The translations under genes were made by a program, and so were the position numbers. A model generated the notes under the pieces. It worked only from the letters and a program-made list of their open reading frames with translations, was not told the origin of the DNA and did no database searches. DNA of 44,769 bases from the sequence record SRR22947727_4435. The stretch is one strand, 5' to 3'. Below, piece by piece: positions 29,860 to 39,730 of the stretch. Numbering within the stretch: the first letter of the stretch is position 1; each line of letters begins with the position of its first letter.

Positions 29860-30567
29860 GTGCTTCGTCGCCTAGCGGTTCTCATCACCAGCCTCGTCGT
29901 GTGTCTGGCCGGCCAGCAGTGGGGTCTGGCGGCAGCGGATGAACCCGGTCCGCGCAAGGACCCGCAATGGTCCACCGGGGGAGATGCCCGGGCGTGCAGT
30001 GGGCCGATTTGGCCTGCCTCGCTCAACACGACCCCCGGACCGGGTCAAGGGCGCCGGGTACTGGTGATCGGCGACTCGTTGACACGCAATGGACGAAAGC
30101 CGTTGAAGCGCGCGCTACGCGCGGACGGATGGACCCCGACGGTGCGTTGCTTCGGCGGGAAGCGGCTGGATTGGGCGATCGCGCAAGCCAAGCGTGCGAA
30201 GGCACTAGATCAGCTTCCGGCGACAGTGGTGGTCGCTATCGGAACGAATGACATGCGGTGGATTGACCGAGGAACAACCGCGTCTCGAATGAAGGAGCTC
30301 ATGCGGGTGCTCGGACCCAAGCGCACCGTCATGTGGGTGGATACCTACGCCAGCGGTGGTGATCGCTTCACGCGAGAAAAGCAGCGGTGGTTCAACCGGC
30401 AGGTCACACAGCTTGCGGCGGACAGGAACAACCTGCATCACATTCGCTGGGGCTCCTGGGCGAGAGACCAGAAGGTCCCCTTTGCCGACGCCTTGCATTA
30501 CACGACGCGTGGGACGAAAACCTGGGCATCGCGGGTTGCCGACCAGGTCTCCCGAATCGCCGGCTGA
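29860..30567 (+). CDS. Secreted SGNH/GDSL hydrolase
   Basis: Signal peptide, IGDSL, GTND and DALH. Confidence 0.8.
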   Translation: MLRRLAVLITSLVVCLAGQQWGLAAADEPGPRKDPQWSTGGDARACSGPIWPASLNTTPGPGQGRRVLVIGDSLTRNGRKPLKRALRADGWTPTVRCFGGKRLDWAIAQAKRAKALDQLPATVVVAIGTNDMRWIDRGTTASRMKELMRVLGPKRTVMWVDTYASGGDRFTREKQRWFNRQVTQLAADRNNLHHIRWGSWARDQKVPFADALHYTTRGTKTWASRVADQVSRIAG

Positions 30568-30608
30568 GCCGAGCAACACGCCCAAGAGGGCCAAATTCCC
30601 GAGGACGC

Positions 30609-30637
30609 TTGCGCCCGGCGTCGGCTACCCCTACAGT
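30609..30637 (+). promoter_or_regulatory. Sigma70-type promoter of nrdRJ
   Basis: TTGCGC-N17-TACAGT. Confidence 0.7.
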
Positions 30638-30641
30638 CTGA

Positions 30642-30689
30642 CCCCTAGATGTAGTAGTCACACGCATGTGATTCGTCCACAGGTTGTGG
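30642..30689. promoter_or_regulatory. Tandem NrdR boxes
   Basis: CCCCTAGATGTAGTAG (30642) and CGTCCACAGGTTGTGG (30674), 32 bp apart, just downstream of the -10. Confidence 0.7.
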
Positions 30690-30784
30690 TGCTACTGCAC
30701 AGTTCGTCCACAGGATTTCCCCACAAATCCCCACAGACGGCAGCAATGACGATACAGATGTGACGAGAGTGACGGGAGGTACCC

Positions 30785-31303
30785 ATGAGGTGTCCTTTTT
30801 GCCGTGAAGAGAACTCACGGGTCGTCGACTCGCGCACATCGGATGAAGGCAGCGCTATACGGCGTCGACGGGAGTGCTTGAGCTGCGGCCGGCGCTTCAC
30901 CACCTCGGAAACAGCTCAGTTGAATGTGGTGAAGCGATCGGGAGCCAGCGAGCCTTTCTCCCGAGCCAAAGTTGTGGTGGGAGTCCGTAAGGCGTGCCAG
31001 GGACGGCCGGTTGAAGACGATCAGATCGCCATCCTGGCCCAGCAAGTGGGAGATGCGCTTCGCGCCACCGGGAACGCAGAAGTCGCCGCGGAGGAAGTGG
31101 GGTTGGCCATCCTCGGTCCACTTCGCGAACTCGACGAGGTCGCCTACCTGAGATTCGCTTCCGTCTACCGCAGCTTCGACTCGCTAGAAGATTTTGAAGC
31201 AGAGATCACGCTGCTTCGCGCGGAAGGGGAGCCGACGGCGCACGAGCCGGCTCTCCGCGAGCACGCCGATGTCACACCCGCACGAGATTCTTCCCCGACC
31301 TAG
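30785..31303 (+). CDS. nrdR: Transcriptional repressor NrdR
   Basis: MRCPFC...[18 protein letters not shown] cone and [10 protein letters not shown]. Confidence 0.98.
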   Translation: MRCPFCREENSRVVDSRTSDEGSAIRRRRECLSCGRRFTTSETAQLNVVKRSGASEPFSRAKVVVGVRKACQGRPVEDDQIAILAQQVGDALRATGNAEVAAEEVGLAILGPLRELDEVAYLRFASVYRSFDSLEDFEAEITLLRAEGEPTAHEPALREHADVTPARDSSPT

Positions 31304-31350
31304 TTCCAGAAATATCCGTCCGTTCCGCTCCAGCAAGAAAGGCACCACCG

Positions 31351-34164
31351 ATGTCCCAAACAATCAGCACACCCGCACAGTTCGTGCACAACACGCTCCA
31401 GGCCCCCGGCCTGACGATGGAGCGGCTCTACACCGCGGCGGGACGGCATCCCTACGACGACATCACATGGGAACGCCGTGACGTGGTGCAGAACAACTGG
31501 AAGACCGGGGAGGTGGTGTTCGAGCAGCAGGGGGTTGAGTTCCCCGACTTTTGGAGCGTGAACGCGTCGACGATCGTCACGACGAAGTACTTCCGCGGGG
31601 CTGTGGGCACCGAGTCGCGGGAGTGGAGCCTCAAGCAACTGATCGATCGCGTCGTTCTGACCTACACCAAATCCGGACGGGACAACGGCTACTTTCGGTC
31701 GGACGAGGACGCGGAAATCTTCGAGCATGAGCTGACCTACATGCTCTTGCACCAGGTCTTCAGTTTCAACTCACCGGTGTGGTTCAACGTCGGCACTACC
31801 GCTCCGCAGCAGGTGAGCGCCTGCTTCATCCTGAGTGTTGACGACACGATGGACTCCATCTTGAACTGGTACAAGGAAGAGGGCTTCATCTTCAAGGGTG
31901 GCTCCGGTGCCGGGCTGAACCTGTCGCGTATCCGTTCGAGCAAGGAGCTCTTGCGATCCTCTGGTGGCACAGCGTCCGGGCCCGTGTCGTTCATGCGCGG
32001 GGCGGACGCCTCCGCGGGCACGATCAAGTCCGGTGGTGCTACTCGTCGGGCGGCGAAGATGGTGGTGCTTGATGTCGATCACCCCGACATCGAGGAGTTC
32101 ATGGAAACTAAAGTCCGGGAAGAGGACAAGATCCGGGTTCTGCGCGACGCGGGGTACGACATGGACCTCGGTGGAAAAGACATCACATCGGTTCAGTACC
32201 AGAACGCCAACAACTCGGTACGTGTCTCAGATGAGTTCATGCGGGCACTAGAGGCCGACGAGGACTTCGGGCTCCGGGCTCGTACCGACGGCGAAGTTGT
32301 GGAGACCGTGAGCGCCAAGGGGCTCTTTCGCACCATGGCCGAGGCTGCCTGGGCCTGCGCGGATCCGGGAATTCAGTACGACGACATCATCAACGATTGG
32401 CACACCAACCCGGAAACAGGGCGGATCAACGCGTCCAATCCCTGCTCGGAGTACATGAGCCTGGATAACTCCTCATGCAACCTGGCGAGCTTGAACCTGA
32501 TGACCTTCCTCAAGGAAGACGGCACGTTCGATGCGACAAGGTTCGCCAAGAGCGTGGAGCTCGTCATCACCGCGATGGATATCTCGATTTCCTTCGCTGA
32601 TTTCCCGACTGAGGCCATCGGCGACACCACTCGCCGGTACCGCCAACTCGGCATCGGATACGCCAACCTCGGGGCCCTGCTCATGGCGACCGGTCTTCCG
32701 TATGACTCCGACGCTGGGCGCTCCTTGGCTGCAGCCATCACATCGTTGATGACCGGGACCGCGTACAAGCGCAGCGCCGAACTCGCTGGGGTCGTTGGTC
32801 CCTACGACGGCTACGCGAGAAATGTCGATGCCCACAAGCGCGTCATGCGTAAGCACGCATCGGCCAACGACGACGTGCGGACCGTGTCGAGCTTGGATGG
32901 CGACGTTCTCAAGCTCGCGGTGAAGACGTGGGAGGAATGCCTCACCACGGGTGAGAAGAATGGGTGGCGGAACGCGCAGGCCTCTGTCCTCGCTCCGACC
33001 GGGACCATCGGCTTCATGATGGACTGCGACACGACCGGAATCGAGCCGGACTTCTCACTGGTGAAATTCAAGAAGCTCGTGGGTGGTGGCTCGATGCAGA
33101 TCGTCAACCAGACGATCCCGCTCGCCTTGCGCAAGCTGGGCTATACCGAGGAAACGATTGAAGCCATCGTGGAGTACATCTCGGACAATGGCCACGTAGT
33201 GGACGCGCCAGGCCTGAAGACCGAGCACTACGCCATCTTCGACACCGCTATGGGAGCCCGGTCCATCTCTCCGATGGGACACGTCCGGATGATGGCCGCG
33301 GTTCAATCTTTCATTTCCGGTGCCATCTCCAAGACGGTGAACATGCCGGAGACCGCGACCGTCGAAGAAGTAGAGGAGATCTACTACGAGGGTTGGAAGC
33401 AGGGCCTCAAGGCACTGGCGATCTATCGGGATAACTGCAAGGTGGGTCAACCGCTGTCCGATGCGAAGGCCACGAAGGTCGAAGCGCAGGTGGAAGCGGC
33501 TATCGAGGGGATTGGTCAACCGATTCGACGGCGTTTGCCCAAGTCGCGTCCGAGTCGGACCACCAGCTTCTCGGTAGCAGGAGCCGAGGGTTACCTGACG
33601 GCGGGCAGTTACGACGATGGGGAACTTGGCGAGGTCTTCCTCAAGCTCGGTAAGCAGGGTTCGACGCTTGCGGGCGTGATGGACGCCTTCTCCGTAGCCA
33701 TTTCGATCGCTCTGCAGTACGGCGTGCCGTTGGAAGCCTTCGTGTCCAAGTTCGTCAACATGCGTTTCGAGCCGGCGGGCATGACCGACGATCCAGACAT
33801 CAGGATGAGCCAGTCGATCATGGACTACATCTTCCGTCGTCTGGCGTTGGATCATCTGCCGCTGGACAAGCGTGAGGCACTCGGCATCTTCACGGCCGAT
33901 GAGCGCGCGGCGACGGTGACCCAGCAGTACGAGGCGCCGCAGGTCGAGGCTGCCCCAGCAGTTGATCCGGTGGTCGACGAGCCGTCGCCCCCGGCAGCGG
34001 ATATGCCGGCCACGAGTGGCGCGCACTCCAGCGCCGAACTGCTCGAGGAGATCACCGGAACCGCGTCGGACGCGCCCTTGTGCATGACCTGTGGCATCAA
34101 GATGCGACCGGCAGGCAGCTGCTACGTCTGCGAAGGCTGCGGGAGCACTTCCGGCTGTAGTTGA
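31351..34164 (+). CDS. nrdJ: Vitamin B12-dependent (class II) ribonucleotide reductase
   Basis: FNSPVWFN, SACF, NPCSE, APTGT, a C-terminal TSCPD-like domain and Zn ribbon CMTC...CEGC. Confidence 0.97.
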   Translation: MSQTISTPAQFVHNTLQAPGLTMERLYTAAGRHPYDDITWERRDVVQNNWKTGEVVFEQQGVEFPDFWSVNASTIVTTKYFRGAVGTESREWSLKQLIDRVVLTYTKSGRDNGYFRSDEDAEIFEHELTYMLLHQVFSFNSPVWFNVGTTAPQQVSACFILSVDDTMDSILNWYKEEGFIFKGGSGAGLNLSRIRSSKELLRSSGGTASGPVSFMRGADASAGTIKSGGATRRAAKMVVLDVDHPDIEEFMETKVREEDKIRVLRDAGYDMDLGGKDITSVQYQNANNSVRVSDEFMRALEADEDFGLRARTDGEVVETVSAKGLFRTMAEAAWACADPGIQYDDIINDWHTNPETGRINASNPCSEYMSLDNSSCNLASLNLMTFLKEDGTFDATRFAKSVELVITAMDISISFADFPTEAIGDTTRRYRQLGIGYANLGALLMATGLPYDSDAGRSLAAAITSLMTGTAYKRSAELAGVVGPYDGYARNVDAHKRVMRKHASANDDVRTVSSLDGDVLKLAVKTWEECLTTGEKNGWRNAQASVLAPTGTIGFMMDCDTTGIEPDFSLVKFKKLVGGGSMQIVNQTIPLALRKLGYTEETIEAIVEYISDNGHVVDAPGLKTEHYAIFDTAMGARSISPMGHVRMMAAVQSFISGAISKTVNMPETATVEEVEEIYYEGWKQGLKALAIYRDNCKVGQPLSDAKATKVEAQVEAAIEGIGQPIRRRLPKSRPSRTTSFSVAGAEGYLTAGSYDDGELGEVFLKLGKQGSTLAGVMDAFSVAISIALQYGVPLEAFVSKFVNMRFEPAGMTDDPDIRMSQSIMDYIFRRLALDHLPLDKREALGIFTADERAATVTQQYEAPQVEAAPAVDPVVDEPSPPAADMPATSGAHSSAELLEEITGTASDAPLCMTCGIKMRPAGSCYVCEGCGSTSGCS

Positions 34165-34174
34165 CATGACCACC

Positions 34175-34212
34175 CCAATGCGGCGCCGAATCCAGATCCG
34201 GCGCCGCATTGG
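34175..34212 (+). terminator. Stem-loop after nrdJ
   Basis: 14-bp perfect inverted repeat CCAATGCGGCGCCG/CGGCGCCGCATTGG. Confidence 0.7.
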
Positions 34213-34349
34213 CATGCTGGGGGCCCGGCAGCCATCTCCCTCGTTCTCGCGCATTCCCGGCGCGCCAGGACGGCAAAAACGCGGCGCGAGCGCGCTGGTC
34301 GCGTTACGCTCTCGTGACGGAGTCCCCAAAGGCGCTACGGAGGGTCGAC

Positions 34350-34871
34350 ATGCGAGGAACGCGGAAGTTGATGGCGGTCGCAGCGGGTTGCGTCCTAGCG
34401 GTCAGCCTGGCGGCCTGCGGGGGCGGCGATGAGGAGCCGGCGGCGGAGGACGTTACGCCCAGTGAGGCACCCTCGGATGCTCTGGATGTGGAAATCGATG
34501 AGGCCATCGAGGTCATCCCGGCATGCACAAGTTACTTCGCCCTCGACCTCAAGTTGAGCGAAATCAACTCCGAGCCGGACGCGAAGAAGAAGGCGAAGAA
34601 GGAGATGCTCGCGGAGTTGAAGGGCCTGACCGACACGCTGGTCACGGACGCGGAAGAGGCGTACATCTCCGGCGATCTACCCGAGCGAGTGCTGGTCAAT
34701 TCCAACCGCATTCAGAAGAATCTCAGCCGGGTCGAGGCCAGTGAAGGCACCGACGGCATCAAGAAGAAGCAAATGCGACGGATCGAGAGGTCTGCGTCAC
34801 GCATCGAACGAAGCTGCGAAGCCGCGGGAGACATGCTGCCCCAAGAGAACCTGGACGCACGCACCGCGTGA
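34350..34871 (+). CDS. Hypothetical lipoprotein
   Basis: Basic N-terminus, hydrophobic stretch and lipobox LAAC; GGAGG upstream. Confidence 0.75.
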   Translation: MRGTRKLMAVAAGCVLAVSLAACGGGDEEPAAEDVTPSEAPSDALDVEIDEAIEVIPACTSYFALDLKLSEINSEPDAKKKAKKEMLAELKGLTDTLVTDAEEAYISGDLPERVLVNSNRIQKNLSRVEASEGTDGIKKKQMRRIERSASRIERSCEAAGDMLPQENLDARTA

Positions 34872-34921
34872 TATCGCCCTAGCGGCAAAGGTGACCCGTT
34901 CCGATCCGTCGGAGCCGGTGA

Positions 34922-35755
34922 CTACGCCTCGTTGTTGGTGTCCGGGTTCGGTCCCGTGCGACGTGACGGGTCCTCCAAGCCTTCGATGGCGATGAGGTCA
35001 TCAGCGTCGAGTTCGAAATCGAAAACGTCGATGTTGCTGACGATCCGCTCGGCGGTGACCGACTTCGGCAGAACGACATTCCCAATCTGCAGGTGCCACC
35101 GGATCATGACCTGAGCGGTGCTCTTACCGTGCTTGGTGCCGATGCCGGCCAGGACGGCGTTGTCGATGAGGCCCCCCGAGGCAAGCGGTGACCAAGCCTC
35201 CGTGACTACTGCGTGCTCGTCGTCAGCGGCACGTACCTCGCGCTGGGGCAGCCATGGGTGGAGCTCCACCTGGTTGATGGTCGGTGTTACGCCCGTCGCA
35301 TCGATGATGGCGCGCAGGTGGGCCGGCTGGAAGTTGGAAACACCGGCCGAGAGTGTCTTGCCCTGCTCCTTAAGTTCCAGAACCGTTTCCCAGGTTTCGA
35401 CGTAGAGGCCTCTGTCGGGTGTGGGCCAGTGAATGAGATAGAGGTCGACGTAGTCCAGGGCTAGTCTGTCGAGGGAGGCCTGCATCGCGTCCATCGTGCG
35501 GGCACGCCCGTGGTCGGTGTTCCACACCTTGGTCGTGATGAACAGTTCGTCTCGGGACAGTCCGGACGCTTTGATCGCCCGACCCACGCCCTCTTCGTTC
35601 CCGTAGAGGGCGGCTGTGTCGATGTGCCGATATCCGGCCTCGAAGGCCGTCAGGCACGCTTCGGTGGCCACATCGTCGGGCACTTGCCAAACGCCCAAAC
35701 CGATCTGGGGGATCGATCGATCGTCGTTCATTGTCAGGTGCGGAATATTCGACAC
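34922..35755 (-). CDS. Aldo/keto reductase (DkgA/2,5-DKG reductase-like)
   Basis: GLGVWQ, GYRHIDTAALY, LYLIHWP, NQVELHP and LPKS motifs. Confidence 0.93.
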   Translation of the reverse strand: MSNIPHLTMNDDRSIPQIGLGVWQVPDDVATEACLTAFEAGYRHIDTAALYGNEEGVGRAIKASGLSRDELFITTKVWNTDHGRARTMDAMQASLDRLALDYVDLYLIHWPTPDRGLYVETWETVLELKEQGKTLSAGVSNFQPAHLRAIIDATGVTPTINQVELHPWLPQREVRAADDEHAVVTEAWSPLASGGLIDNAVLAGIGTKHGKSTAQVMIRWHLQIGNVVLPKSVTAERIVSNIDVFDFELDADDLIAIEGLEDPSRRTGPNPDTNNEA

Positions 35756-35794
35756 TTGCACTCCAATCTCGCCGACCACTGCCACAATCGATTC

Positions 35795-36841
35795 ATGGAT
35801 ATCGCCCCACACTACTTGCCCGATCTGGATCGCTACGACGGTCGGATGCCCTATCGCAGATGCGGTCGCAGTGGGCTTGATTTACCGCTCATCAGTTTGG
35901 GGTTCTGGCACAATTTCGGTGACGACAAACCTCTGGCCACGCAGCGGGAAATAATGCACACGGCGTTCGACTTAGGAATCACCCACTTCGATCTGGCCAA
36001 CAATTACGGTCCGCCGTTCGGGTCGGCCGAAATCAACGTCGGACGCATCTTGCGCGAGGATTTTGCCCGGTATCGGGACGAACTGGTCATCTCTTCCAAA
36101 GCAGGATGGGATATGTGGCCAGGCCCCTACGGGGATCTCGGGTCTCGTAAATACATGCTGGCCAGCCTGGACCAAAGCCTCGAGCGACTCGGTCTGGACT
36201 ATGTCGACATCTTTTACCACCACCGACCTGACCCGAATACGCCCCTCGAAGAATCCATGGGCGCGTTGGCAACCGCCGTTGCCCAGGGCAAGGCCCTGTA
36301 CGTTGGCATTTCCTCTTACGGGCCCGCACGTACCCTTCGGGCGGCGGAGATCCTGGCGGACCTGGGCGTTCCTTTGCTGATCCACCAGCCGTCCTACTCG
36401 CTGTTGAATCGATGGATCGAAGTTGACGGTCTACTTGACGCCCTGACAACGGTGGGGGCCGGATCCATCACGTTCAGCCCGCTCGCCCAAGGAATGTTGA
36501 CCGATCGCTACGTGGACGGAATCCCCGAAGGCTCCCGCGCAACGGAAGGCAAATCACTAGACCCCGCCTTCCTGAGTGCCGAGAACGCAGATCGCCTACG
36601 GGCTCTGGCGCATATAGCGCGCGAGAGGGGCCAGAGTCTGGCCGAGATGGCTGTGGCATGGACGTTGCGCGATGCACGGGTCACCACGACCTTGGTGGGT
36701 GCGAGCTCGGCCGACCAACTCCGCGAGACCGTCGGGGCTGTAAACAACCTTGCCTTCAGCGAGAGTGAGATTGCAGCCATCAACGAAGTTGCTGTCGAAG
36801 GCGGGATTGATCTGTGGCGGGAACAGTCACGACTGCAGTAG
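35795..36841 (+). CDS. Aldo/keto reductase, L-glyceraldehyde-3-phosphate reductase (YghZ/MgrA-like)
   Basis: SLGFWHNFG, FDLANNYGPP and SSKAGWDMWPGPYG motifs. Confidence 0.92.
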   Translation: MDIAPHYLPDLDRYDGRMPYRRCGRSGLDLPLISLGFWHNFGDDKPLATQREIMHTAFDLGITHFDLANNYGPPFGSAEINVGRILREDFARYRDELVISSKAGWDMWPGPYGDLGSRKYMLASLDQSLERLGLDYVDIFYHHRPDPNTPLEESMGALATAVAQGKALYVGISSYGPARTLRAAEILADLGVPLLIHQPSYSLLNRWIEVDGLLDALTTVGAGSITFSPLAQGMLTDRYVDGIPEGSRATEGKSLDPAFLSAENADRLRALAHIARERGQSLAEMAVAWTLRDARVTTTLVGASSADQLRETVGAVNNLAFSESEIAAINEVAVEGGIDLWREQSRLQ

Positions 36842-36910
36842 CCGGCTGACCGAGACGCGTGGGTTCCGACCGTTGGCGGCGAGGATGCCGCGAGAATTCA
36901 TCGACCGGAG

Positions 36911-37549
36911 CTAGTCGATCCGGACAGTGCCGTTGGCGGTCCGGAAGACAACAGCGGACACCCCGGGCTCCTCGTCGTCGATCCACGCCACGATGGGGTT
37001 CTCGAGCGCCACGTCAGATCCCACTACGTCGGTAACCGCTGCTTGGTCCCCCGACAGCTCGATCGTGTCGATGGAAATAGAGGTCTCTATTCGACCGGTT
37101 GCGCTCGGGTGCTCGGCGTCGGGGCAATCCCAGTGAACGAAGAAGGGAACCTCTGGCCGGTCCAACGTGTTGAGGATGCCGATTTGCTGCCAATGCAGTT
37201 CGAGGCCGTCGGGACGGATACGTTTTCCCGGCGCTGCCTCCCGTCCGAACCGTTGCTCGACTGGGCCGATGTCATCTACGGCGAGAACCCAACTGAGCCA
37301 TCCGCCGCCATGCTCGGCTCGGCGATGAACGGCTTGGCCGAAGGGAGCCTTCAGAGCTGCGGGGTGGTCGAGCGCACTGACGACCTCGACATAGCAGCCG
37401 CCGGCCAGCGGGAGAATGAAGTTGCGGGTGCCGAACGAAGGGTGGCGGCCACCGTCGACGAACGTTCCTCCGAGGTCTGACCCGATGCGCTGAACAACGT
37501 CTGCGATCTCGCTCGTCGTGCACGCGTAGGACAGGTGGTCAAGACGCAT
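36911..37549 (-). CDS. VOC family (Glyoxalase_3-like) protein
   Basis: MRLDHL, GGRHPSFGTRN, YVEVV and PFFVHW motifs. Confidence 0.85.
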   Translation of the reverse strand: MRLDHLSYACTTSEIADVVQRIGSDLGGTFVDGGRHPSFGTRNFILPLAGGCYVEVVSALDHPAALKAPFGQAVHRRAEHGGGWLSWVLAVDDIGPVEQRFGREAAPGKRIRPDGLELHWQQIGILNTLDRPEVPFFVHWDCPDAEHPSATGRIETSISIDTIELSGDQAAVTDVVGSDVALENPIVAWIDDEEPGVSAVVFRTANGTVRID

Positions 37550-37616
37550 TACTTCATCATGCCCAATGGCTCGTGTTCAAGATCCGGGGGGGGTCCGGGT
37601 ATGGCAGGCTCGAGGT

Positions 37617-38744
37617 GTGCGAGACGATGTCGACGACTCCGCGGCGGACGGCGGAGCCGAGTCGCAGCCGCCCGAGATGCCACAGTCGATGCTGGACCCC
37701 CGCAAGTCCATCGCACTCGGAGCCCTCGGATTGGGCGTCATCGTTCTGATCTTCTGGCAGGTCATTCCGCAGATCGGCAGTTATAGCGACGCCGTCGATG
37801 CTCTTCAGTCGATGTCGTGGATCGCGGTGGTGATCATTGCTGTCACCGTCGTCGTGTACTTGGCGGTGTACGGCCTGATTTTCATGGCAGCCGAACCCCG
37901 CCTGCGTTACTGGCAGTCCCAGCAGGTGAAGCAGGCAAGCTTCACCATCAGTAATGGTGTGCCAGCCGGCGGAGCGGTCGGATTGGCGGTGCAGTTTGGC
38001 ATGCTTGCGAGTTACAAGATCCCGGCAACGTCGGCCACCGCAGCCATTACCGCCGTGAGCCTGTGGAGCACCTTTGTCAGCCTCGGATTCCCCATTTTCG
38101 GCGTCTTGGCCCTGACGATCGTTGGCGCGGCCGACGGCGTGGCATGGATGGGCCCCGTGGGCTTGGGGATATTGGTCCTAGTCATTGCGGTGTTCGTATC
38201 CATCATGCGCTCCCAGTCCCTGGCCGAGCGCTTGGGTGCCTGGGGGAACGCCGCCGTCAGGCCGCTTGGCCGCCGAATCCGACGCCTCAAAGACGTCGAC
38301 ATCGCCGCCCCGATCGTGAAGTTCCGTCGGGAGATGTACGACCTGCTCAGAAGGCGATGGTTGTGGCTCACGCTCGCCCAACTCGGAATCACCGGCAGTC
38401 AATTTCTGATCCTCTTCGTGGCCTTACGTGGAGTCGAAGGTTGGGATCAGCCAGGCACCAATCCGATCGCTGCCTTCGGGGCATTCGCGGTAAGCCAGAT
38501 CATGCTGATGGTTCCCATCACGCCCGGAGGGTTGGGAACGATGGACGCTTTGATGATCCAGTTGTTGGTGAGTTCGGGTACCGACAAGGGTGCGGCAACC
38601 GCGGCTGACCTGGTGTGGCGAGCAACGTCGTACGTCCCTCAAATTGTCGTTGGACTGATCGCTCTGATCACGTGGTATCGACGTGCGGGCCGGGCGTTTG
38701 CCAACCGGAGTGTCGGTGCTGACGGTGCTGACGGTACGGACTAG
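37617..38744 (+). CDS. YbhN/lysylphosphatidylglycerol synthase-like TM (flippase-like) protein
   Basis: Multi-TM protein with PAGGA, PITPGGLG and WR motifs. Start inferred from a -10-like CAGGCT. Confidence 0.8.
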   Translation: MRDDVDDSAADGGAESQPPEMPQSMLDPRKSIALGALGLGVIVLIFWQVIPQIGSYSDAVDALQSMSWIAVVIIAVTVVVYLAVYGLIFMAAEPRLRYWQSQQVKQASFTISNGVPAGGAVGLAVQFGMLASYKIPATSATAAITAVSLWSTFVSLGFPIFGVLALTIVGAADGVAWMGPVGLGILVLVIAVFVSIMRSQSLAERLGAWGNAAVRPLGRRIRRLKDVDIAAPIVKFRREMYDLLRRRWLWLTLAQLGITGSQFLILFVALRGVEGWDQPGTNPIAAFGAFAVSQIMLMVPITPGGLGTMDALMIQLLVSSGTDKGAATAADLVWRATSYVPQIVVGLIALITWYRRAGRAFANRSVGADGADGTD

Positions 38745-38877
38745 TGTTTGGTCCGACCTGGTCGTCGCGGGAGGGGAAGCCTTCGGCGGCCAGGTCCTTT
38801 ACGTTCCGGTGCATGGTGATGGCTGCCGTGCTTGTCTTTGATTGCCGACACATGCGACCGTGGGCGATGATGTAGCT

Positions 38878-39690
38878 GTGATCGCGGATCAACAACCCTT
38901 CATGCGTTTCGTCGCGATCGGTGATTCCTTCACCGAGGGATTGAACGACGAGATCCGCGGCGATGGTCGGCACCGTGGGTGGGCCGACCGCGTGGCGGAA
39001 TTGCTCGTCACTCGACAACACATCGAAGAACTCTCGTACGCCAACCTCGCAATCCGGGGTCGCCTGACGCGACAGATTATGGAAGAGCAGGTGCCCCAGG
39101 CTCAGGCATTGAAACCCGACCTGGTGACGGTGGGTGCGGGGGTCAACGACGCGCTGCGGCGCAGTTTCAGCCTCGACACATTGTGCACCGACCTCGAGAA
39201 CAGCGTGCGGGAACTCACGGCGGGCGGATCGCACGTGCTGTTGTTCGCTTACGGAGATCCGTCGAGAGGGAGTAAGGCCTTCGGCCGTGTGGCGGATCGG
39301 ATGCGCTCCTTGCGTTCGGCGACTTTGGATATTGCCGCCGCCTACGGATGCACCGTGGTCGATTTCTGGGGGATCGCTTTGTACGACGACACCCGATTGT
39401 GGTCCGCTGATCGCCTCCATCTGTCGTCAATGGGGCATCGATTGACGGCGGAGGCAGTGATGGACGCTCTGGGCCTCGGGAGTGATGCGTGGCGATCGCC
39501 GGTGTCCGATCCACCGCGCCCTGGATGGAGCCGGCGCCGAGGTTCTGACGCAGCGTGGTTCCTGGCTCACGCAGGACCCTGGATCACCCGACGGATCCGA
39601 GGCGTGAGCTCGGGAGCCGGGGTGGTGGCCAAGGACCCCATCTACCGAACTGTCCACAAGGCGGGAACTTTGGTACCACCGTTGCCATAA
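38878..39690 (+). CDS. SGNH/GDSL hydrolase
   Basis: GDSFTEG, GWADR, YANLAIRG, GVND and DRLH motifs. Confidence 0.9.
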   Translation: MIADQQPFMRFVAIGDSFTEGLNDEIRGDGRHRGWADRVAELLVTRQHIEELSYANLAIRGRLTRQIMEEQVPQAQALKPDLVTVGAGVNDALRRSFSLDTLCTDLENSVRELTAGGSHVLLFAYGDPSRGSKAFGRVADRMRSLRSATLDIAAAYGCTVVDFWGIALYDDTRLWSADRLHLSSMGHRLTAEAVMDALGLGSDAWRSPVSDPPRPGWSRRRGSDAAWFLAHAGPWITRRIRGVSSGAGVVAKDPIYRTVHKAGTLVPPLP

Positions 39691-39730
39691 CCGCGGCTGC
39701 GATCGTGTCGTGCCGGTTCAGGCTCTGCCT

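Noticed and set aside
30568..30784. Cobalamin riboswitch or oriC upstream of nrdRJ
   Set aside because: No B12-element consensus seen; no AT-rich unwinding element or dnaA/dnaN context. The region is explained by a promoter and operators.
33055..34329. 424-aa minus-strand ORF and many other long antisense or alternate-frame ORFs
   Set aside because: Shadow ORFs of well-supported genes, expected in high-GC DNA; no recognisable motifs.
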